DNA from: Thermoanaerobaculia bacterium
GTDB taxonomy: Bacteria; Acidobacteriota; Thermoanaerobaculia; Multivoradales; JAIOJS01
DNA length: 64,000 bases
Direction: 5' to 3'
NCBI GenBank assembly: GCA_963837455.1
Contig: CAWINM010000001.1
Span: 452,832-516,831, forward strand
In this document: positions 31,736 to 41,952 of the stretch, in pieces
How positions within the stretch are numbered: the stretch's first letter is position 1
How the letters are laid out: each line of letters begins with the position of its first letter
The notes under the pieces: model-generated
Seen by the model: only the letters and a program-made list of their open reading frames with translations
Told to the model about the DNA's origin: nothing
Databases searched by the model: none
Program-made: the position numbers and the translations under genes

Positions 31736-32641
31736 TCAGGCGGTGCCGGCGTGGGCCCGCCGGGGCACCACCAGCACGGCGCAACCGGCGTGCTGGGCGA
31801 CGCGCTCGGCGGTGCTCCCGAGCAGCGCGCGGGCGGTGGCGCCGCGGCCACGGGTCCCCACCACCAGCAGGTCGACGTCGGCCTCCTTGGCGGCCGCCAC
31901 CAGCATCGGCGCGGGGACGCCGCACCGCAGCTCCGCGCGCACCGGGATGCCCTCGGCGCGGAGCTTGGCGGCTTCAGCGGCGAGGGCAACCTCGACCTGT
32001 CGTTCCCCAGCGGCAACGAACTGCTGCACCGTCGCTGTCATCTCCGCCGGATCGAAGGTCAGCTCGGGCGCGAAGACGTGCACGAGCACGACGTCTCCCA
32101 ACCGCGGCGCCAGCAGCCGCGCCGCCGCCTGCACGGCCGCCGTCGCATCGCCCGAGAAGTCGGTGGCGGCGAGGGCTCGCCACGGACCTGTCGGTGGCTC
32201 GCCGTCACCCCCGTGCAGGACCAGGACCGGGCAGTCCGCGCCCGCGATCAGCCGCTGCGCGGTGCTACCGAGCAACAGGTCGCGCCAGCCGTGGAGCCCG
32301 CGCGCCCCCACCACCACGAGATCCGGCCGGCAGCGGGCGGCGACCCTGAGCACCACCTCGGTCGGCGCCCCGACCTCGAGCTCGCAGCGCACGTCGTGCA
32401 ACCGCATTCGCAGCGGTGCGGCCAGCTGCTCGAGCCGGCGCCGGGTGCCCACCCGTAGCTCCTCGGCCATCACCGCCGCCATCTCGCTGACCCCGGCAAG
32501 GTGCGGCCAGTGCAGCGCATGGACCAGCCACAGCACCGCCCCGCGGGCCTCCGCGAAGTGCGCCCCCCAGGCCAGCGCGATCGCGCTCTCCGGGGAGAAG
32601 TCGGTCGCCACCAGCAGGCTTCGTTCGGGGACCTCGCTCAT
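31736..32641 (-). CDS. tandem universal stress protein (UspA) domain protein
   Basis: Two Usp domains (VATDFS..., LAATDFS..., G-x2-G-x9-G-S ATP motifs). The ORF extends far upstream, spuriously. Confidence 0.75.
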   Translation of the reverse strand: MSEVPERSLLVATDFSPESAIALAWGAHFAEARGAVLWLVHALHWPHLAGVSEMAAVMAEELRVGTRRRLEQLAAPLRMRLHDVRCELEVGAPTEVVLRVAARCRPDLVVVGARGLHGWRDLLLGSTAQRLIAGADCPVLVLHGGDGEPPTGPWRALAATDFSGDATAAVQAAARLLAPRLGDVVLVHVFAPELTFDPAEMTATVQQFVAAGERQVEVALAAEAAKLRAEGIPVRAELRCGVPAPMLVAAAKEADVDLLVVGTRGRGATARALLGSTAERVAQHAGCAVLVVPRRAHAGTA

Positions 32642-32815
32642 TGGTTCCAGCGTAGCCGAGGTCAGGCGGGTGGGCTCCCGCCCACCGGCGCGGGAAGGGT
32701 CGACACCGCAGCGGGCCCACGCCCACGGCGGCGGCCGGGCGCGGGCGACTCGAACGATGGCGCCCGCCGCCGCATTCGTGGCATGATCGGCGCCGCACAC
32801 CCACGCAAGCGTGGC

Positions 32816-34472
32816 ATGAGCGAACAAGACGATCGCGGCCGGTTGTCGCGGCGGTCCCTGGTCAAGGCCGGGCTCGCGGGCGGCACGTTGGCTCTCGCCG
32901 GCGGCGCCCTGCGCGCCGCGGCAGCGGACCCGGAGCAGCCGGCTGCGACGGCGTCGACGCCCCCCTTCGAGCTCGAGGAGCTCACTCTCGCCCAGCTGCA
33001 GGAGGGCATGCAGGCGGGCCGCTACACCGCCCGCTCGCTGGTCGCCGCGTACAGCGAGCGCATCCACGAGCTCAACACCCAGGGGCCCGAGCTGCGCGCC
33101 GTGATCGAGCTCGACCCCGACGCCGCGGCGGTTGCCGAGGGGCTCGACCGCGAACGCCGCGAGCGCGGGGCGCGCGGGCCGCTGCACGGCATCCCGGTGC
33201 TGCTCAAGGACAACGTCGGCACCGCCGACCACACCACGACGACCGCCGGCTCGCTCGCCCTCGCCGGCTCGGTGCCGCCGCGCGACGCCTTCATCGCCGC
33301 GCAGCTGCGTGCCGCCGGCGCCGTCCTGCTCGGCAAGGCCAACCTCTCGGAATGGGCGAACTTCCGCTCCGAGCGCTCGTCGAGCGGCTGGAGCAGCCGC
33401 GGCGGCCAGTGCCGCAACCCCTACGCCCTCGATCGCAACCCCTCGGGCTCGAGCTCGGGCTCGGCGGTGGCGGTCTCCGCCAACCTCTGCGCCGTCGCCG
33501 TCGGCACCGAGACCGACGGCTCCATCGTCTCCCCCTCCTCGCGCTGCGGCATCGTCGGCATCAAGCCCACGCTCGGCCTGCTCAGCCGCGCCGGCATCGT
33601 CCCCATCGCCCACAGTCAGGACACCGCGGGCCCGATGGGTCGCTGCGTGGCCGACGCGGCGACCCTGCTCGGCGTCCTCGCTGGTGTCGACGAGCGCGAC
33701 CCGGCCACCCTCGCCAGCCGCGGCAAGGCGGCCGCTGACTACACCCGCTTCCTCGACGCCGAGGGCCTGCGCGGCGCCCGCATCGGCGTCCACCACCCGC
33801 GCTCGCTCGCCGGCAACCCACACGTCGATGCCATGCTCGCCTCGGCCCTGGCGGCGCTCACCGACCACGGGGCGACGCTCGTCGACGGCGTCGAGCTCGA
33901 CCGCGGCAAGCTCGGCGACGCCGAGCTCCAGGTGCTGCTCTACGAGTTCAAGGCCGACCTCGAGCGCTACCTCGCCGAGCTCGGGCCGGCGGCGCCGGTC
34001 AAGTCGCTCGCCGACGTGATCGCCTTCGACGAGGCCCACCGCGATGCCGTCATGCCCTTCTTCGGACAGCGACATCCTCGTCGCCGCCGAGAAGAAGGGG
34101 CCGCTCAGCGAGAAGGCCTACCTCGACGCCCGCGCCACCTGCCTGCGCTACGCGCGCCAGGAGGGTCTCGACGCCGCGCTCGCCAAGCACGAGCTCGACG
34201 CCATCGTGGCTCCCAGCGGCGGCCCCGCCTGGCTCATCGACCTCGTCAACGGCGACTCGGGGACCGGCGGCAGCTCGACCTTCCCGGCCGTCGCCGGCTA
34301 CCCCAGCATCACCGTTCCCGCGGGGTGGGCGCACGGCCTGCCGCTCGCCGTCTCCTTCATGGGCGCGGCGTGGAGCGAGCCGACGCTGGTGCGCCTCGCC
34401 TTCGCCTTCGAGCAGGCCACCCGCGTGCGCCGGCCACCGCGCCTGCTGCCGACGGCGCCGCTCGCGGAATGA
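32816..34472 (+). CDS. amidase-signature family amidase with Tat-type signal (RRSLVKAGLAGG), one frameshift near 34070
   Basis: Amidase-signature GGSSSGSAVAV and the Ser-cisSer-Lys catalytic region. The C-terminal 140 aa continue in ORF 34044..34472 after a 1-nt frame change. Confidence 0.75.
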
Positions 34473-35179
34473 GGGCCGCAGGCTCCGAGCCCCCGCGGCA
34501 CGACCCGGCGCCCTCGCGCGCGGCATCGCTCAGGGCGAGCTGGCGCTCCACCGCGCCGTAGTGCCGACCTCGAAGCCGTCCTCGAGCGGCCGCACCAGCT
34601 CATCGGCTCCGGCGTCGTGCGTGGCACCCGCCGCGTTGGGCCGCAGCGGGTCGTCGAAGCCGCGCGTCTCGCCATCGAGGTCCCACGCGCGCGTGTTGGC
34701 GGCCGCGCGCGCTCGATCACCGAGTACCTCTCCGACCTCGGCTCGAGGTCGACGCCGACCGCACCGAGGAGGCCGCTCGCTACGCCAGCGCGGCGGTCGC
34801 CGAGCTGCGTGTGGCCGGCGACGAGCACGGCGTGGTCGAGACCGCCGGCGTGCTCGCCTGGGCCGAGGCGCGATGCGGTGAGCTCGTCGACCAGCGGCTG
34901 GCACTCGCCCGCCTCCTCCCCAGCTGTGGCGACCCCGAGGGTGCGCGGGCGCTCGCCGTGGCATGGATCGCCGAGGGCAAGCGCTGCGCGGAGTCGTGCG
35001 CGATGCCGAGCGGATCGTCGCCTCGCTGCCGGCGGCACCGACCGGCGGCCTCAGCACAGCGCCGCGACCGCCGCCGGCGGCGACCACCACTCCCAGCTGA
35101 CGGCGAGAGCTGGCGCGCGCCGGTGCAGCGGCCGCGCCGCGCGCCGCGCTGCTATGCTGCGGCGGCCCCGCCCGACCGC

Positions 35180-35917
35180 ATGACCGCGGACCCCGATATC
35201 CACACCCCGCCGCTCTTCGGTGCGCGCGGGGTCGCCAAGCGCTACCGGCTGGGGCGGGTGCCGGTGGCGGCGCTCACGGGCGTCGACCTCGACGTCGCCG
35301 CCGCCGAGGTGGTGGCCCTCGCGGGGCCCTCCGGCAGCGGCAAGACCACCCTCCTCAACCTGCTCGGCGGGCTCGACGTCCCCGACGCCGGCGAGGTGCG
35401 ACTCGGCGGCCGCAATCTCGGCGGCATGAGCGAAGGGGAGCGCACCCTGCTGCGCCGTCGCGAGCTCGGCTTCGTCTTCCAGACCTTCAACCTGGTGCCG
35501 GTGCTCACCGCCCTGGAGAACGTCGAGTACCCGCTGTGGATCGCCGGCACCGCTACCGCCGAGCGCCGCCGCCGCGCCGCCGAGGCGCTCGCCGCCGTCG
35601 GGCTCGGCGATCGCGCCCGCCATCGCCCGGACCAGCTCTCGGGAGGCGAGCGCCAGCGGGTGGCGATCGCGCGCGCCCTCGTGCACCGGCCGCTGGCGGT
35701 GCTCGCCGACGAGCCCACCGGCAACCTCGACTCGACGACGGCGCAGCAGGTGCTCGAGCTGCTCCTGCGCTGGAACGAGCAGAGCGGCGCCACGCTGCTC
35801 ATCGCCACCCACGACCCGGCGATCCTCGCCCGCGTGCCGCGACGCGTCCGCCTGCGCGACGGCCGGGTGATCGCCGACGAACGCGGCCCGCTGACTTCGG
35901 GGGGCGTGCCCTCGTGA
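35180..35917 (+). CDS. ABC transporter ATP-binding protein, LolD/MacB-type
   Basis: Walker A GPSGSGKTTL, signature LSGGERQRVAIARAL, Walker B, about 245 aa. Confidence 0.85.
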   Translation: MTADPDIHTPPLFGARGVAKRYRLGRVPVAALTGVDLDVAAAEVVALAGPSGSGKTTLLNLLGGLDVPDAGEVRLGGRNLGGMSEGERTLLRRRELGFVFQTFNLVPVLTALENVEYPLWIAGTATAERRRRAAEALAAVGLGDRARHRPDQLSGGERQRVAIARALVHRPLAVLADEPTGNLDSTTAQQVLELLLRWNEQSGATLLIATHDPAILARVPRRVRLRDGRVIADERGPLTSGGVPS

Positions 35918-37152
35918 GATGGGCACGGATGGCGCTGCGCAACCTGGCGCGCAATCGCCGGCGCACGGCGATCTCGCTGCTGGTGGTGGCGGCCGGCAGC
36001 GTCGCCCTGCTGCTCACCAGCGGCTTCATCGTCTTCAGCTTCCGCGGCCTCGAGGGGGCGCTCATCCACGGTGGCCTCGGGCACCTCGAGGTGGCGCCCG
36101 CCGAGGCCGCCGGCAGCGGCCACCTCGACCGGCCGGTGAGCGGCGCGCTCGCGGACTGGCGAGCGTTGCAGCGCCGACTGGCGACGCTGCCCGCGGTGGC
36201 CTCGGTGGCGGCCAACGTTCACCTCATGGGGATGGCCTCGACGCCCGCGGGTCGCAGCGCCTCGTTCGTCGCCGTGGGCGTCGAGCCCGACCGCGAGCGT
36301 GCCATGGGCTTCGCCACCAAGCTGCGCGCGGGAAGGGATCTTCCCGACGCCGCGCCGGCGGAAGGGGAGGACGTGGTGCTGCTCGCCAGCGGCCTCGCCG
36401 CGGCGCTCGACGCACGGCCTGGCGACGTCGTCACGCTCCTTGCCCTCACCCCCGACGGATCGCTCAACGCCCTCGACGTGCGCGTCGCCGGCACGATCAC
36501 CACCGGGGTGCAGGACCTCGACAGCCGCTTCGCCAAGCTCCACCTGGCGAGCGCCCAGCGCCTGACCCAGAGCGCGTCGGTCTCGGACCTGCTGGTGATG
36601 CTGCGCGACGGCACCTCGCTCGCCGCCGGCAGCCGCGCCGTCACGGCGGCCGTGGCCGGCCACCGGCCGCCGCTCGCGGTGGTCGACTGGAAGGCGCGCG
36701 CCCCCTTCTACGAGCAGGTGCGCAACCTCTATCTGGGTATCTTCTGGTTCCTCGGCTCGGTGATCCTCGTGCTCGTCGTCCTCTCGGCCTCCAACACCCT
36801 GCTGATGGCGGTGCTCGAGCGCACCCGCGAGCTGGGGACGCTGCGCGCCATCGGCACCAGCCGCGCCCAGGTGGCGGCGATCGTGCTCCTCGAGGCGCTG
36901 TGGCTGGGGCTGCTCGGCGGCGCCCTCGGCTGCGTGCTGGGCTGGGCGGCGACGCTGGCCATCAACGCCAGCCACCTGCAGATGCCGCCGCCACCCGGCG
37001 CCGTCGATCCCATCGACGTCGAGCTGGCGCTCGTGCCGATGGCGTTTGCCGGCACGGTGGCGCTGATGCTGGTGGTGCTCGCCGTCGCCGCCGCGGTGCC
37101 GATCGGGCGCGCGGTGCGGCTGCGGGTCGCCGAGGCCCTCACCTCGCTGTAG
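35914..37152 (+). CDS. ABC transporter permease, FtsX family (LolC/E-like)
   Basis: The GTG start overlaps the upstream stop (GTGA). N-terminal TM helix, periplasmic MacB-PCD-like domain and C-terminal FtsX 3-TM bundle. Confidence 0.8.
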   Translation: MRWARMALRNLARNRRRTAISLLVVAAGSVALLLTSGFIVFSFRGLEGALIHGGLGHLEVAPAEAAGSGHLDRPVSGALADWRALQRRLATLPAVASVAANVHLMGMASTPAGRSASFVAVGVEPDRERAMGFATKLRAGRDLPDAAPAEGEDVVLLASGLAAALDARPGDVVTLLALTPDGSLNALDVRVAGTITTGVQDLDSRFAKLHLASAQRLTQSASVSDLLVMLRDGTSLAAGSRAVTAAVAGHRPPLAVVDWKARAPFYEQVRNLYLGIFWFLGSVILVLVVLSASNTLLMAVLERTRELGTLRAIGTSRAQVAAIVLLEALWLGLLGGALGCVLGWAATLAINASHLQMPPPPGAVDPIDVELALVPMAFAGTVALMLVVLAVAAAVPIGRAVRLRVAEALTSL

Positions 37153-37214
37153 CGATGGCTCGGTTGGCGGCCGCGACAGGAATCCCCACCCTGCGGTCCC
37201 ACGTTGCAAGGGTG

Positions 37215-38027
37215 ATGTCCGCTCACCGGCGACCCCACCGTGACCCCCGCCGCTCGGCCCGCGCGTGGCTGCGCCGGCGGGCGCTGGCGCTTGCCGCGAG
37301 CGCGCTCGCACTGGGCGCAGCTGCGCCCGCCGCGACCGAGGCGCCGACGGCCGCCGATCGCGAGCTGCTCGCCGCCGCCGACCTCGGCCGCGCGCAGCCG
37401 GCGGCGTTCCGTTCCGAGGTGCGCGTCGAGCCGCTGGCAGGCAGCGGCGCGACGAGCTTCGAGGTCTGGCGCGACGGCGACCTCGCCCTCGTCCGCTACC
37501 TCGACCCGCGGCAGCGCGGCAAGGCGTTCCTCGAGCGCCCGGAGGGCACCTGGCTGCTGGCACACGGCGCACGGCCGGTGAAGCTGGGCACCGCCAGTCG
37601 CGTGGCGGCGGGGACGAGCTTTCAGGAGCTCGTGGGTCTCTCCTTCTCGCGCGACTTCACGCTCGAGGCGGTCTCCCACCAGGGAACCGGCGAGGGCGAG
37701 CTGGTGACCTTCTCGCTGCACGCCGCACACCCCGGGCTGCCCTATGCGCGCGTCGACTACGTCGTGCGCGCCGCCACGCGCCGCCCGCTGCGCATCGAGT
37801 ACCGCCTCGACTCCGGTCGGCTGGCGCGCATGGTGGAGCTCGTGGCCTGGCGGCCGGGCCTGCCGCCGATCCCCTCCGAGACGGTGGCGAAGGACCTGCT
37901 CGGCGGGCGGCCGCCGGTGCGCGTGCGGCTGCTCGAGCTCGAGGCGCGGCAGCCGCCGCCGCATCTCTTCGAGCTGTCGCCCGCCGGCGATGCCGCGCGA
38001 GCCGCGCTCGCCGCCGCCGCACCCTGA
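37215..38027 (+). CDS. LolA-like / outer-membrane lipoprotein-sorting-protein-like periplasmic protein
   Basis: Signal peptide and size and pattern typical of LolA-like domain proteins that accompany LolCDE-like ABC systems. Assignment tentative. Confidence 0.55.
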   Translation: MSAHRRPHRDPRRSARAWLRRRALALAASALALGAAAPAATEAPTAADRELLAAADLGRAQPAAFRSEVRVEPLAGSGATSFEVWRDGDLALVRYLDPRQRGKAFLERPEGTWLLAHGARPVKLGTASRVAAGTSFQELVGLSFSRDFTLEAVSHQGTGEGELVTFSLHAAHPGLPYARVDYVVRAATRRPLRIEYRLDSGRLARMVELVAWRPGLPPIPSETVAKDLLGGRPPVRVRLLELEARQPPPHLFELSPAGDAARAALAAAAP

Positions 38028-38173
38028 GACCTCGGCCGCGACGAGCTCGCAGCCGCGGGTGTACCACCGCCTCCTCGCCATGACCCTGCCGACCTGGCAC
38101 CCGCCTGGGGCCTCACGAGCTGCAGCTGATCGTCGGCAGTCGGCCCGGGGGTTGAGCGCCGGCGGCGGGGAGC

Positions 38174-39502
38174 TCAGTGGGCGGTGGGCAACAGCGCCGC
38201 CGCCACCGACGCCCCGCCCTCGACGCAGTCGGCGACGCCGGCACCGCGCAGCCAGTTGCCGGCGAAGCGCATCCCGGGCAGCGCCGCCTCGAGCTCGTCG
38301 GCGAGCGCCACGAAGCGGCCGTGGCCGATCTCATACTGCGGGATGGCCCGCGGCCAGCGGCGCACGACGACAACCGCCGGCGTGCCGCGCACGCCGAGCG
38401 TGCGCTCGAGGTCCTCGCCGGCGATGCGCGACAGCTCTTCGTCGTCGCGCGCCGCCAGCTGGGGCGCGCCGCGACCGCCGAGGAAGCAGGTGAGGAGCAC
38501 GTGCCCAGCGGGCGCGCGGCCGGGGAAGAGGCTGGAGGTGAACAGGCAGCCGAGCAGCCGCAGCCCCGAGCCCGGGGCGGCGAGGAACCCGAAGCCGTCG
38601 AGCGGGTGTGCGACGTCGTCGCGCGCGAAGCCGAGGGCGAGCACGGCGACGGGGGCGTACGGCACCTCGGCGAGCGCCGCGCTCCCCCCCGCGCTCGCCG
38701 GGTGGAGCAGGCACGCCGCCTGCGCCGCCGGCACCGCCATCACCACCCGCGGCGCGGTGTAGACGCCGGCCGCGCTCTCCACGACGAAGCCGCCGCCGGT
38801 GTCGCGGCGCACGGCCTCGACGGGGGCGCGGCGCCGCAGCTCGGGAACGGCGGCCGCGAGCCGCTCGCCGAGCGTGGCGAGACCGTCGCGGAAGCTCACC
38901 ACCGGGCTACGGAAGGCCGCCGCACCGGCACGACGGGCCGCCCGCGCGGCGCGCAGCAGACTGCCGTGGCGGGCTTCGAGCTCGACCAGCCGCGGCAACG
39001 CCCAGCGCGCCGACAGACGCTCGGCGTCGCCGGCGTGGATCCCGGCGACGAACGGCGCGGCGAAGACCTCGAGCGCCTCGGCGCCGAGCCGCCGGCGCAC
39101 GAAGTCGGCCACCGTCTCCTCGCGGCCGGCGGCCGGCGGCGGCGCCCAGGGCTCGCGAGCGAGCGCCAGCTTGCCGTGCCAGCTCAGCAACGGCGAGGCG
39201 AGCAGCTGCAGCGGCGAGGTCGGCAGCGCCGTCAGCGCGCCGTCGCGCCAGAGGTAGCGTCGCGACGCCAGCGGCGCCGCCGGCAGGCGCTCGGCGCCGA
39301 GGCCGCAGTGCTCGATCAGCGCCGAGAGCGCCGGCCGCTCGGCGACCGTGTTGGGCCCCAGCTCGAGCAGCCAGTCGCCGTCGCGGCGGGTATCGAGCGT
39401 GCCGCCGACGAGCTCGCCGGCCTCGAGCAGTGTCACCGCGAGGCCGGCGCCGGCGAGGTGGTAGGCAGCGGTGAGGCCGGAGATCCCCGCCCCCACCACC
39501 AC
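38174..39502 (-). CDS. hemY: protoporphyrinogen oxidase (HemY/PgoX family, FAD-dependent)
   Basis: N-terminal VVVGAGISGLTAAY dinucleotide fold and the C-terminal RWPRAIPQYEIGH signature. GTG start inferred at 39502. Confidence 0.75.
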   Translation of the reverse strand: MVVGAGISGLTAAYHLAGAGLAVTLLEAGELVGGTLDTRRDGDWLLELGPNTVAERPALSALIEHCGLGAERLPAAPLASRRYLWRDGALTALPTSPLQLLASPLLSWHGKLALAREPWAPPPAAGREETVADFVRRRLGAEALEVFAAPFVAGIHAGDAERLSARWALPRLVELEARHGSLLRAARAARRAGAAAFRSPVVSFRDGLATLGERLAAAVPELRRRAPVEAVRRDTGGGFVVESAAGVYTAPRVVMAVPAAQAACLLHPASAGGSAALAEVPYAPVAVLALGFARDDVAHPLDGFGFLAAPGSGLRLLGCLFTSSLFPGRAPAGHVLLTCFLGGRGAPQLAARDDEELSRIAGEDLERTLGVRGTPAVVVVRRWPRAIPQYEIGHGRFVALADELEAALPGMRFAGNWLRGAGVADCVEGGASVAAALLPTAH

Positions 39503-39515
39503 GGCGTCGCGCCGC

Positions 39516-41783
39516 TCAGCCGTGGAAGCGCTCCCCGCGCGCCGCCATCTGGCGCAGGAGGGGCGCCGGCTCGAGGCGCTTGCCGTGGCGCGCCGCGTAG
39601 CCGTCGAGACGGCGCACGATCTCCTCGAGACCGACACGGTCGGCCTCGCGCAGGATGCCGCCGCGGAAGGGAGGGAAGCCGAGGCCGAAGATGACACCGA
39701 TGTCGATCGCGTCGGGGTTGGTGAGGATCCCCTCCTCCATGGTGCGAGCCACCTCGTTGAGCATCTGCAGCCAGCAACGCTCGGCGATCTCCGCCGCCGG
39801 CAGCGGTCGCGGGCTCCAGCCGAGGAGCCCGTAGACGGCGGGGTCGGGCCGCTTTCCGCCGTCGTGGCCGCGGCCGGCGCCCGTGCGCTTCGCCTCGCCG
39901 TCGTAGCGGTAGAAGCCCTGCCCCGCCTTGCGCCCCTGCCGGCCGTCGGCGAGCATCTTGGCGAACGCCAGCGGCGGGTCGAGGCGGTCGCCGAGGCGCG
40001 CCAGCAGCACCTCTCCGGCGTGGGTGGCGACGTCGAGCCCGACCTCGTCGAGCAGGGACAGGCCACCCGCCGGCCAGCCCCAGGCCTTGAGCGCGGCGTC
40101 GACCTCCTCGATCGTCGCCCCGCCGAGCAGGCACCACACCGCCTCGTTGAGGAACGGCCCCAGCACACGGCTGGTGAAAAAGCCCGGGCCGTCGCCGACG
40201 ACGATCACCGTCTTGCCCATGGCGCGCCCGACGGCCACGGTGGTGGCCACCACCTCGGGCGCCGTGCCCGGGTGGCGAATCACCTCGACGAGCGGCATGC
40301 GGTGCACCGGGCTGAAGAAGTGCATCCCCACCACCTGCTGCGGGCGCGCGCTCGCCGCCGCCAGCTCGGCGATGGGGATCGCCGAGGTGTTCGAGGCGAA
40401 GATCGCCCCTGCCGGCGTCGCCGTCTCGACCTCGCGGAGCACCTGCCGCTTGACCTCGAGGTCCTCGAACACCGCCTCGACGACGAAGTCGAGGTGGTGG
40501 AGGGATTCGTACTCGAGGGTGGGATGGATGCGTGCCAGCGCCTGCTTGCGGTCGACGTCGCTCTGCCGGCGCCGTGCCACCAGCTCCGCCTCGCGGTCGG
40601 CGCAGTACTTCATGCCGCGGGCGAGGGCGGCGAGGTCGCGGTCCTTGATCACCACCGGCGTGCCGCGATGGGCGATCGACTGGGCGATGCCCGCACCCAT
40701 CAGCCCGGCGCCCAGGACGCCGACGCGCGGCACCGGTCGCGCCCCGCGGGCGAGCTGCGCCGCTTTGCCGTCGACGCCGCCCTTCATGAGGAAGATGCCG
40801 ATGAGGCTCCGCGCGGTGTCGCTGCTCACCAGGTCGACGAAGGCCTCGGACTCGACCGCCAGCGCCTGCGGCAGCGGCAGCCGCAGCCCCTTCTCCACCA
40901 CCTCGATGGCGCGCAGCGGCGCCGGGTAGTGTCCGCTGGTCTTGCGCAGGGTCCTGGCGCGCGCCCGGTCGTAGACCAGCCTGCCGCCGAGCGGCGAGCG
41001 GGCGACGAAGTCGCCGAGGCGTCCGCCCCAGCCCCCTCGCGGTCGCGGTCGACCGCGCTTGCCGCGCGCCAGCAGGGCTACCGCGACGCGCCCGAGGATG
41101 GCCGGCGCGCAGGTCTCGTCGACGAGCCCCAGCTTGCGGGCCCGCGACGCCGGCACCTGGCGGGCGGTGAGGATCAGCTCGAGGGCAGCCGCCACGCCGA
41201 TCAGGCGCGGCAGCCGCTGCGTGCCGCCCAGTCCGGGGATGATCCCGAGCTCCACCTCGGGGAGACCCAGGCGGGTCTTCTCGTGCTCGCTCGCCAGCCG
41301 CCAGTCGCAGCAGAGCGCCAGCTCGAGGCCGCCGCCGAGACAGGCACCGTGGATGGCGGCGACGGTGGGGAACGGCAGCTCGGCGACCCGGGAGAACAGG
41401 GCGTGACCCCGACGCAGGAGCTCGCGCGCGGCGGCGCGGCCGGCCGCCGAACCGTCGGAGAGCTGTGCAATCTCCTCGACGTCGGCACCGGCGACGAAGG
41501 TGTCGGGCTTGCCCGAGCGCAGCACCAGGCCGCGCAGCGGCTCGCTCGCGAGCCCGGTGAGCTGCTCGTCGAACCAGCCCAGGAGCGCCTGCGAGAGGGT
41601 GTTCACGCGCTTGCCCGGTGCGTCGAAGACGAGCCAGGCGACACCGTCACGAACGCTGAGGGTGGCGGGCAGCGCCGGGGCGCCGGTGGCGGGCGGTGCG
41701 GCGTCCGGCGTCGGGACACCTTCGCTGGCGCCCGCCGGCCCCAATTCGCCGGCCGCCTTCGTCGACTTTCTCGCTCGCGCCAT
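39516..41783 (-). CDS. fatty-acid oxidation complex alpha-subunit-like fusion: enoyl-CoA hydratase + 3-hydroxyacyl-CoA dehydrogenase
   Basis: Crotonase fold (…AAIHGACLGGGLELAL…) followed by a 3HCDH NAD-binding region (VGVLGAGLMGAGIA) and the 3HCDH C-terminal domains. 755 aa. GGAGGG RBS. Confidence 0.85.
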   Translation of the reverse strand: MARARKSTKAAGELGPAGASEGVPTPDAAPPATGAPALPATLSVRDGVAWLVFDAPGKRVNTLSQALLGWFDEQLTGLASEPLRGLVLRSGKPDTFVAGADVEEIAQLSDGSAAGRAAARELLRRGHALFSRVAELPFPTVAAIHGACLGGGLELALCCDWRLASEHEKTRLGLPEVELGIIPGLGGTQRLPRLIGVAAALELILTARQVPASRARKLGLVDETCAPAILGRVAVALLARGKRGRPRPRGGWGGRLGDFVARSPLGGRLVYDRARARTLRKTSGHYPAPLRAIEVVEKGLRLPLPQALAVESEAFVDLVSSDTARSLIGIFLMKGGVDGKAAQLARGARPVPRVGVLGAGLMGAGIAQSIAHRGTPVVIKDRDLAALARGMKYCADREAELVARRRQSDVDRKQALARIHPTLEYESLHHLDFVVEAVFEDLEVKRQVLREVETATPAGAIFASNTSAIPIAELAAASARPQQVVGMHFFSPVHRMPLVEVIRHPGTAPEVVATTVAVGRAMGKTVIVVGDGPGFFTSRVLGPFLNEAVWCLLGGATIEEVDAALKAWGWPAGGLSLLDEVGLDVATHAGEVLLARLGDRLDPPLAFAKMLADGRQGRKAGQGFYRYDGEAKRTGAGRGHDGGKRPDPAVYGLLGWSPRPLPAAEIAERCWLQMLNEVARTMEEGILTNPDAIDIGVIFGLGFPPFRGGILREADRVGLEEIVRRLDGYAARHGKRLEPAPLLRQMAARGERFHG

Positions 41784-41952
41784 GGCTCGCCCTCCGCGGC
41801 ATTGCCGTACCGCGGCAATCTTACCGGCATGCGGCACCGGCGACTGCCGAGCGGGCCAACAGGGCGCGCTCCTTGCGCCGCGGCCAGGGTTCGTCGCCTG
41901 GCGATGCCCGCGCGCGGCCGGCAGGCGCCGGCGCGACGCCGTACCCGTGGCC

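Noticed and set aside
34480-35179. Possible gene between amidase and the LolD-like ATPase (TPR-like stretch ...AARYASAAVAELRVAGDEHGVVETAGVLAWAEARCGELVDQRLALARLL...)
   Set aside because: - No credible start.
- The reading frame is broken upstream.
- The stretch is simply the in-frame upstream extension of the ATPase ORF.
- Treated as a degraded remnant at most, not a callable gene.
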